IMG/VR virus record: IMGVR_UViG_3300028865_000008
Location: 1-32,496 of that record
Source: a virus
Lineage: Duplodnaviria > Caudoviricetes
Length of the DNA: 32,496 nucleotides
Direction: 5' to 3' (one strand)
Shown here: positions 26,801-31,424 of the stretch, in pieces
How positions within the stretch are numbered: the stretch's first letter is position 1
Layout: each line of letters begins with the position of its first letter
Notes under the pieces: model-generated
Database searches by the model: none
Told to the model about the DNA's origin: nothing
What the model saw: the letters and a program-made list of their open reading frames with translations, nothing else
Position numbers and translations under genes: made by a program

Positions 26801-27736
26801 GCCAATGGACACGCCTTCTACACCCCACTGCACCACGACGATCCCAGCGTGCTGGCGATGTCGGCAGATGAGTCCGACAAGTACTGCAAGGCGAAGTGGG
26901 GAGGCATCCTCAAGACGTTGTCCCCGAAGGCCCAGAAGGGACTGGACACCCAGAAGAACGCTTCCAACTGGCAGACCTACCTCCGGAAGATGCCCGCCAA
27001 GCTGGGCTTCAAGAAGGCAGACATCGCTGAGCAGGCCAAGACCGACCCCTACTCAGCCAAGATGGATGTCTGGGAAGGCTGCAAGCAGGCCGCAGATGAG
27101 GCTGGTCCTGTGGGCGAGGCCTTCCGGGCTTCCCGGACGGTCTCCTTCGACCGGTTCGTGCGGAACGATGGCAGCCGGTTCAAGGAAGGTGACGATCTCA
27201 GGTCCATGATCGGATCCATCCAGAAGGATCACGGGGCCATGGAGATCGTTCCCGGCTCGATGGACCACGGAGGTCAGGTCGTCAAGTTTTACAACGTCTA
27301 CGTCGACCTCGTGGTGCCTCCGGAGATGAAGGGTGTCTACACAGGGGCAGGTAGTGGGAACCACAACAACACCGGGGAAAACGGCATGATCATGGAGCCC
27401 GGTCTGGCCATGTATATCTGGGACGTCGTGCCTTACAACGGTTCCTACAAGGTGATGGCGTCTCTGATTCCCCCGGAGGTCTACCCCTACATGAACTACT
27501 TCGAGGGAGACCCGGACAGCCACAACATCGTCGAGCCCAACAGCCCGCAGGCTGCGGCCATGAACGGGATGAAGAAGGCCAACGAGATGAAGGCCGACTA
27601 CGAGGCTGCCATGGCCCTCTACAAGGCTCAGAAGCTGCCGAAGGAGTCCCCTGCGATGGTGGAAGCGGAGAAGCTGAAGTCGGAGTACGAGGCCCTGATG
27701 GCGAAATACGCTTCGGTAGGCGTATCAACGAAGTGA
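17819..27736 (+). CDS. Giant (~3300 aa) polyvalent protein: Nudix hydrolase, PI3/4-kinase/HipA-like kinase, internal repeats, degenerate VIP2-like ADP-ribosyltransferase
   Basis: Continuous GC3-rich ORF (track start 17774; GAGGA RBS favours TTG 17819); Nudix box GAIDQNETGLQGAMREFSEE; kinase motifs YVK, NE, DAWLGNYD, N, RIDPG; ART-like C-terminus. Confidence 0.85.
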   Translation: MTGTTGDPLILELARKVTLAARGSKTRYVRTPEGSRKYGLPIGAPITLDAVKRAAIRHPGMVAPEDSATGNGSSTNAPSSAASKPSIEALTKALTLPESDSPKMVTPKGDQKVSVGGATFNFPSGSKVFRPKKNPDGFAVVRDPNYDLVLITSNGTASDISGESEHVLNARLDDIGPNDSEFSSEELGAPAGDAGKPSAGSPDPNAPDTADTTDYAQFPSYKDVPDYLDDKYIAKVVSGLKATGMDETTLKALEDQLHKQNSDIKDRWTEVNDPDTHAQQKKIKEIEDQMAALQAQLEDLKTPKPNPTPGKKPAPDEGTPPAPDYFGNPKGTDYASTPAPKVDGASARKKNATDKAVSTDIAANGIDGEKTAAKPAEPKKPAEPKKPAEPKKPAEPKKSTNKELATTQAASVLNTLNDGPLDSNNPDHQAMVDSWEKYLDANPDVADALTPKPNAPETNPEHDKQLAGLEKEARKNALGLASTEIGGQKVWARRNRQTDSFEYSVEDVSGNDNVFKTREEALAHVAANMPEPAPEDHVSKRDTTNLPPAEMTPDEISATIADLEAGQAEFGYISPEGEKRLSELKAAKGGKKRAPKEAAPAPVEPVVGESGVNTDPNMKDYWTKGDMDTHGIAPGLPDFPQQAVSRSQILEAKPGDKFLLSHPDDPEHNSLWNVGKDGYAHSISEGGDPMPAPLTEFAETMEFGFQIHPFKGNSKNKNPKPDPVPGDVATETWTASAPEGASVQSSNGLIGVKDREGKWTTAMGPVAPDYFDPADVKDDDSAVVSPTPTPDHPLGATRQISSAEDLKLVQVGDSLAFKDSAMTGTKNSDGTWTLENDGLVWKMDDASILASVETPGTTWWHVPNQELAGDEPKKNWKPGEAIKRLGDLLAQKVGTKLRYKFKKPKPDGTAESVYVVYPDGKLKKDGSAHSFDYWTLKSSVASGQISVLEVPKDDVVLNEPDVPAITKVEDYTVGDKIADYKHLKAMKAGDQITMTIPSSKNGGQPTAVVLTRTDDNKDSAGFMFLVGKKGAGYNALGENNASIFQAIYDGRVHFGDITQLPDASDKELMDSGDWSTVADIPLWDGGPLVSEKDLRTFIDAQIYSRAMQGSYYNTDLLPSNSPFKSASLRKQMSKMAIKEYSKPGMPARHKPAMIRFAAEKLGLQFTDPGSALIPDDLELKDFKTKVTVGRFANKNGLPSSEADKMGPESLEVTVADIKTALAVLDSMDVMTEDDQNKADKILKRVMAMRGSALQDMNVALGIAAYYKVGRSHDEKHKSNFGFAARQHDKRRNKAMLKQMLIEQMEGREPGYYGIPENEVWYDAYDENGNGIGVKYTNFSTLTRPKVNSDTDSGNKSAYADEAKQALAEVSDSKLPASLTAKDLANYPKSFHGKAGTMTRMESKGPVSYHGTIHFNSYNNEPGGKPHFKYDDGAGAGFAFGPNDLVTLDADVTNTALDENVAAVLDGPSVQAYPVTWVQPKPSEHLPSYVVSKSATEINGSEHSIWIINNGGADGYSFSPFLNGYHVEHDNHDNHYPSAGAAQAGAEEYLAAKANVPDAEIPQWEKDLMDWSNTVEVTTKVNDTPGSVDLSKSILPEEQRGLPGDGHVMIHPVDGSEPKPSWGKYGAGGVVVTAMDNGVKKVLVGKRGDRDEWYLPGGAIDQNETGLQGAMREFSEEIHGGEGILSNLKLVSENKAVIGKISGTDKDWTYSTIVTDLGQVQDITAPSFTEDWELKEYQWFSAEELTALESTGALHAALSHGNLAKLAGFETGDMTVPTAAYSKMGPDNLAEPKYDISGWTKIAGDIGGSNPGGVYLDESGKKFYVKKGTPGHMHNEVVASAFYHHFEVNANEVALGKDGNKSDRYLVSPWIENDGKALPKAMVGQGPTGKAFLAKVQEDFAIDAWLGNYDVAGMGPWNLVADKDGKPLRIDPGGAMGYRATGGKKDWWSGDPTDIDDMRNGSTKSPGYSKLPQVFGSMDDEAVGESAKKLLNITPDQIHTIVHSSGFSDAEKAELYDTLVERRAKILDRFGIKDETPNAAVNAVATIQAHSKGQGAFKKGEVAQLKQTGEKFTITGSNNEISYGETSPGVYGAYLNDELSVQDAPFTIPAGETYAFSSNDKVYTVGEKVSVSNPETEKFKDAVVLSADPSSGLVELDYADGTHGFADKTHVVKAPEPLGSNRVPTALPDGYKPVPAGEKILAKYKGADIYAVTNGDSVDYHYGPNNGSESGTVFHAGGIDTAFIKDHKAMWDSFDEAPAAAPEPIPSYPEGLSFTPTYQLAAGDKLYYNSDQSSITIVEAKGQVVQVSANQPNGDMYGAQSETAKSIKEWIADPKSSFTPVEDAPKAPDLPALPFVSTYVPEAGDQMYYNEDETTVSVLKANGDVVHVSEFNPNGLTHPNGDSMNAVMKDWFAAPDSSYHPVPTGTPDAPAAAGNPAPATMPDGYAPMPEGARILAKHTSNGNFVVRHADNTAHYYFPDGKVQAALAYPSVFEEKSDNWDPYDKPEPGVSKKLPPMTELPDGFKKLPANATIVAKTVSPSPAYAVEWKGKIWYYNPSGAVMDAGEAGATKRMIEKTTDGWVMFEKPNEILDSPKADVIKAPDKLPAGYTQPAPGSKYIAMYSGASGDVHAVMGADGKVSYFYADGSTYELPGDGDVEAKNLANTAKYEKSWSLYDGYDLPMSAPKKSLLPDNYLAPPEGSKVIAVDMTGKIYAVKHPDGTMSWAYPSGYNYDQPAHITEQTVLGNTHSWKPVDPSNPATVIDANIDGVKDHKGSVLAVGDDVTVVKFNKGGLSNKAKVVSINKVTGKVKIVRLDDKGNQLWGSDGKLVYSTLDSKSLGKAAPKVVWDSSTGLPKGVSMSEGNPDSPMYGKPAPVAPKAPVSVGDSAGPTPLDLSPDFMERAEKAYAAYRAKHSPVLDPKALKDSSTAWNPINQAMHGDQAQLDHIKTKGYFGDEPALYEEIQASIDKLKASYSETIHAYEVQKAEYEAKHTEWLQANGHAFYTPLHHDDPSVLAMSADESDKYCKAKWGGILKTLSPKAQKGLDTQKNASNWQTYLRKMPAKLGFKKADIAEQAKTDPYSAKMDVWEGCKQAADEAGPVGEAFRASRTVSFDRFVRNDGSRFKEGDDLRSMIGSIQKDHGAMEIVPGSMDHGGQVVKFYNVYVDLVVPPEMKGVYTGAGSGNHNNTGENGMIMEPGLAMYIWDVVPYNGSYKVMASLIPPEVYPYMNYFEGDPDSHNIVEPNSPQAAAMNGMKKANEMKADYEAAMALYKAQKLPKESPAMVEAEKLKSEYEALMAKYASVGVSTK
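18938..19012 (+). repeat. Perfect 18-bp tandem repeat x4 (KPAEPK)
   Basis: AAGCCTGCCGAGCCCAAG four times plus AAG. Confidence 0.95.
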
Positions 27737-27756
27737 CAGTGCAGACAGGAGCACCG

Positions 27757-28209
27757 ATGAGCAGCACGGCCCCACCCGGCCCGAACACCCAGCCGACGCC
27801 CGAGCAGATGGCCATGATCGAGGCCATGCAGCAGCCGTTCGAGCTGGTCCGCAAGGGCGCTGAGCGCTACGACGGGCTCGACCGCACCAAGCAGGGCACG
27901 TGGCGTGCGATCACCTCCCACGGGCTCCCCATGGGGCTGGCGTGGACCGACTGGGAGAACGGCTTCGACGTCCGTCCCCTGCACGACGGGGCGGTCTCTG
28001 TCCGACTGGGCAAGTACCCCGAGCACGCCAAGGCCGTGGGGGTCACAGCGTCGTGGGCGTTCACCACACTGGAGGAGTACATCAAGACCTTCGACCCGAC
28101 CGACGAGGTGGCCATGGGTCCGGACCAGAGGGGACCTCTCTCGGGAGCAGCGGACTATAGCGGAGATGTCCCAAGTTATGGTACCTTTGTTGATACCGAA
28201 GAGGACTAG
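27757..28209 (+). CDS. Hypothetical protein, candidate immunity/partner of the giant protein
   Basis: AGGAG RBS before ATG 27757 (alternative GTG 27733); GGCGTATCA motif upstream. Confidence 0.7.
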   Translation: MSSTAPPGPNTQPTPEQMAMIEAMQQPFELVRKGAERYDGLDRTKQGTWRAITSHGLPMGLAWTDWENGFDVRPLHDGAVSVRLGKYPEHAKAVGVTASWAFTTLEEYIKTFDPTDEVAMGPDQRGPLSGAADYSGDVPSYGTFVDTEED

Positions 28210-28227
28210 CAGAAGGGAAGGATCACA

Positions 28228-28533
28228 GTGCCACTGAAGCCTGAGTACGACGGCGACGCCATGAAGGCACCGGGTGCCTTCCTCGCTGTTTCCAAGAACA
28301 AGAAGACCGACGAGGTCCTCGGTCTCTACGTCATCTGCGATGAGGGCAACTTCATCCGGGGCAACGGTCTGTGGATCACCGCCACAGGGAAGGCCCTGTA
28401 CCAGCTGCACGGCTCCCAGCTCATCCCGATGGACCCCGCGTTCATCGACACCTTCGACGAGATGGACAAGACCGGGCGGAAGCCCACCGATGACGAGATC
28501 ACCGACGGCAGCAAGGTCACGGCCACCGCGTAG
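28228..28533 (+). CDS. Hypothetical acidic protein, candidate immunity/partner
   Basis: AAGGA RBS, GTG start; extended -10 TG-G-TACCTT at 28179-28187. Confidence 0.7.
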   Translation: MPLKPEYDGDAMKAPGAFLAVSKNKKTDEVLGLYVICDEGNFIRGNGLWITATGKALYQLHGSQLIPMDPAFIDTFDEMDKTGRKPTDDEITDGSKVTATA

Positions 28534-28548
28534 TTCCTGAAACAAGTC

Positions 28549-28575
28549 GAGCCCCTTCCCCTGTGGGAGGGGCTC
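28549..28575 (+). terminator. Stem-loop, probable terminator
   Basis: GAGCCCCTTCCC-ctgt-GGGAGGGGCTC just after a stop; weak U-tract. Confidence 0.6.
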
Positions 28576-28605
28576 TGCTGTGTCCTTGGTCCGATCTTCT
28601 TCAGC

Positions 28606-29697
28606 ATGGATCAGTTCGTAGTCGTACCGGGGCCGAGGGGTGACCGCTTCGTCGAGCTGTCCCACACCGCCTCAGGGCGTGTTTTCCGAAAGCAGATCCT
28701 GCACTTCGGACAGCTGAAGTACCCCGGCGTCAAGGGCGGCTCGGTGCAGGTCGACCAGAAGTTCGCCGACACCCTCATCGCCAACTTCGCCGCAGGCGTG
28801 GCCGACATCGTTCAGGTCCCCAAGGTGAACGGCGACAACGAGCACACCGAGGATCCCGACCGGAACATCGGTGAAGTCATCAGGCTCTACAAGGCCGACG
28901 ATGGCGTCTACGTCGACATCGACGTCCGTACCGACGATGCGGACAAGGTGGGCAAGACCCTGCTGGGGGCTTCCGCCATGCTCCACCTCGACTACATGGA
29001 CACCACGAGCGGCGAACGGGTGGGTCCGACCCTCCTGCACACCGCCATCACCAACCGGCCCTATGTGACCAATCTCAAGGGTTTCGAGGAGGTCATCGCT
29101 GCCTCGCGCGGTGGGGCCGATCTTGATAAGCAGGTGCTGGTGCTTACTCCGGCAGACAACGAGGAGAACTTCATGACTCTGGAAGAGACGCTCGCCGCTC
29201 TCAAGGCCGACCACGGCATCGACGTGACCGCCCTTCAGGAGAAGGCCGCGCTGGCAGATGCGTCTGTCGCACTGAGCAACAAGATTCAGGAAGAGCTGGT
29301 CGGTACCGGCCTCCTGACCCTGAGCAACACCGACGAGACGGTCTCTGCTGAGGTCCTCATCGGTGCCGTCGCAGAAGCCGGGAACAAGATCGTCGCGCTG
29401 ACCGCCAAGGTCGACACGCTGGTCGAGGCTTCCGCCAAGAGCGCCGCCGAAGCCGCAGTCGAGGCACTGGTCCTCTCCGGCCACATCCTCCCGAAGAACC
29501 GTGAGGCCATGGTCGAGCTGAAGCTCTCCAACGCCGAGCTGTTCGACAAGGTCCTCCCGGAGAAGCCGCTCGTCAAGCTCTCCGCAGAGGGTGGCGTCGA
29601 GACCACCGACGACGCGCACGACAAGACCGTGGAGGACGAGATCGCTCGCCTCAGCGCGGTCGCCGACAAGCAGACCGCCGCGTACGTCCGCTCGTAG
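28606..29697 (+). CDS. Mu gpI-type prohead protease/scaffold
   Basis: FRKQILHFG, NEH, GPTLLHTAITNRPYVTNL protease motif, helical scaffold C-terminus; leaderless ATG 7 nt after CCGATCTT. Confidence 0.85.
   Translation: MDQFVVVPGPRGDRFVELSHTASGRVFRKQILHFGQLKYPGVKGGSVQVDQKFADTLIANFAAGVADIVQVPKVNGDNEHTEDPDRNIGEVIRLYKADDGVYVDIDVRTDDADKVGKTLLGASAMLHLDYMDTTSGERVGPTLLHTAITNRPYVTNLKGFEEVIAASRGGADLDKQVLVLTPADNEENFMTLEETLAALKADHGIDVTALQEKAALADASVALSNKIQEELVGTGLLTLSNTDETVSAEVLIGAVAEAGNKIVALTAKVDTLVEASAKSAAEAAVEALVLSGHILPKNREAMVELKLSNAELFDKVLPEKPLVKLSAEGGVETTDDAHDKTVEDEIARLSAVADKQTAAYVRS
29173..29697 (+). CDS. Nested in-frame scaffold protein
   Basis: Internal CCGATCTT (29117), GAGGAG RBS (29161) and in-frame ATG 29173. 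Confidence 0.7.
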   Translation: MTLEETLAALKADHGIDVTALQEKAALADASVALSNKIQEELVGTGLLTLSNTDETVSAEVLIGAVAEAGNKIVALTAKVDTLVEASAKSAAEAAVEALVLSGHILPKNREAMVELKLSNAELFDKVLPEKPLVKLSAEGGVETTDDAHDKTVEDEIARLSAVADKQTAAYVRS

Positions 29698-29739
29698 TAC
29701 TCAGACCCGACCAGAACTCTCAGAAGGAGAACACCAGAA

Positions 29740-30132
29740 ATGACCACCGAATACTACGGAAACTCGATGCCCGGTGCGGGCTTCGTCACCTCCGACACCA
29801 CTGTCGACGACGAGCTGATGTACTCGATGGTCGGCTACACGCAGAAGGGCGTCACCCTGAAGCCGGGGCAGGGCGTGCTCCTGCTGGGCACCTTCATCAA
29901 GCAGGACGCCGGTTCCAAGATGTACGTCAAGACCGCTGGCACCGACGGTGAGGGTGTGCTCCGCAAGACCACCAACACCGGCTCCGACGTCAACGGCCAG
30001 CGCTGGCAGGGCAACATCGTCCTCACCGGCCTCCTGAAGCTCGACAAGGTCTCGGCAGCCAACTCCGGGGTCACGCTGACCTCGGTGCTGGGTGCGCGGG
30101 TCAACACCGTGCTCGGTTTCTTCAAGTTCTGA
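29740..30132 (+). CDS. Head decoration protein (lambda gpD-like)
   Basis: AAGGAG RBS; VTLKPGQGVLLLGT; 130 aa between scaffold and major capsid genes. Confidence 0.75.
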   Translation: MTTEYYGNSMPGAGFVTSDTTVDDELMYSMVGYTQKGVTLKPGQGVLLLGTFIKQDAGSKMYVKTAGTDGEGVLRKTTNTGSDVNGQRWQGNIVLTGLLKLDKVSAANSGVTLTSVLGARVNTVLGFFKF

Positions 30133-30138
30133 GCAAGG

Positions 30139-30311
30139 ACCTCTCCCGGTCGGGATTCTGAGGTGATGGAAGGGCCCCGGCCCTTCCTGATCCTGAGTAG
30201 CTCGGAAGGCCAACTCAATCCAGATCAGGCAAGTGACCGGTAACCAATCCGGGCCGCAGATCGGGCACCTAAGCCGGTGTCGCTGACTTCCCAGAAACCA
30301 CTCTGGCGCGA
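30139..30311 (+). ncRNA. Candidate structured RNA / leader of the major capsid gene
   Basis: Consecutive stems visible by eye across a non-coding gap of ~195 nt. Confidence 0.4.
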
Positions 30312-30327
30312 CGAAAGGACAACTTCA

Positions 30328-31386
30328 GTGCCCGAGATCTCTCTGCTCCAGCCCACGGTGCTCCGTGGTGTCGTCGAGCGCTTCACCGCTCCTGAGTCTC
30401 TGGAGATGCTCAGCCGCGTCCCGCAGACCCCCCACCCGTTCCCGACGGTGCAGTGGGAAGTCATCCGTGGCTCCCGCGCCATCGCTCGCCCGAACGTCCC
30501 GAACAGCGAAGCACACATCGTGCCGCGCCTCGGTCGCTCCAGCCAGAGCGCGGCCTTCGTCTACCTTCGCGAGAAGAAGGTCTTCGAGCCCACCACGCTC
30601 CACTGGCTGCGCCAGTCGGCCAACTCGGTCTCCGAGCTGGCGAACACCCGCGCTGAGGAGTCGGTGCTGCGTGAGGTCAAGGACCTCAACCAGCGCTTCG
30701 ACAACTTCGCCGAGTACCTGATCTGGCAGGCCTGCACGGGCACCCTGACCCTCGACTACCCGGACGTTCAGGCGACCGTGGACTACAAGTTCCTCCCGTC
30801 GCACAAGGCGTCGGTTGCGGGCTCGTGGGCCACTGCCACCCCGGGAGCAATCGTCGAGGACATCCGCGCCCTCAAGCGGCTGATCACCCGCGACGGTCGG
30901 GTCCCGGCTGTCGATGCGTACGCCACGGAGAAGACCATGACGTACATCTTCAACGCCTTCGCCAACACGGGCGCGGCTTCCCCCGGCACTGCCGGTGGCA
31001 TCCTGCTCTCCGACCGGATGAAGGACCAGTACTACCAGAACGGCATCCTCCCGGGCTTCATGGGCCTGAACTGGAAGCCGCAGGAGGCCGTGTACGACGG
31101 CGCAGGCGCTGCCTACACCGCATCCCCGACCATCCCCGCCGCCGAGCAGCGCTTCTTCGCTGACGACGCCCTGCTGATCGGCAACTTCACCGAGAACCGC
31201 CCCATCGAACTCTTCATCGGCCCCACCGCCGACGACGAGGCCCCGGACGGCTACACCGGCAAGTTCGCCAAGACGTGGAAGGACAAGGACCCGTCGGCCC
31301 GTCAGTACCTGCTGGAGTGGAACCTCCTGCCGGTCATCACGAGGCCGGAACAGTTCGTTTATGTCAGCGATGTTACGCCGGGCTGA
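30328..31386 (+). CDS. Major capsid protein (lambda gpE family)
   Basis: AAAGGA RBS with GTG 30328; EYLIWQACTGTL...VDY, W.....DI, KTWKDKDPS...LPVITRPE; 352 aa. Confidence 0.88.
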   Translation: MPEISLLQPTVLRGVVERFTAPESLEMLSRVPQTPHPFPTVQWEVIRGSRAIARPNVPNSEAHIVPRLGRSSQSAAFVYLREKKVFEPTTLHWLRQSANSVSELANTRAEESVLREVKDLNQRFDNFAEYLIWQACTGTLTLDYPDVQATVDYKFLPSHKASVAGSWATATPGAIVEDIRALKRLITRDGRVPAVDAYATEKTMTYIFNAFANTGAASPGTAGGILLSDRMKDQYYQNGILPGFMGLNWKPQEAVYDGAGAAYTASPTIPAAEQRFFADDALLIGNFTENRPIELFIGPTADDEAPDGYTGKFAKTWKDKDPSARQYLLEWNLLPVITRPEQFVYVSDVTPG

Positions 31387-31408
31387 TCTGGTGATCACAG
31401 CTAAAGTG

Positions 31409-31417
31409 TGCTAAACT
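31409..31417 (+). promoter_or_regulatory. Extended -10 promoter for a leaderless endonuclease gene
   Basis: TG-C-TAAACT, then 7 nt to ATG 31425; no RBS; same layout as at 7750. Confidence 0.65.
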
Positions 31418-31424
31418 CTCCTGC

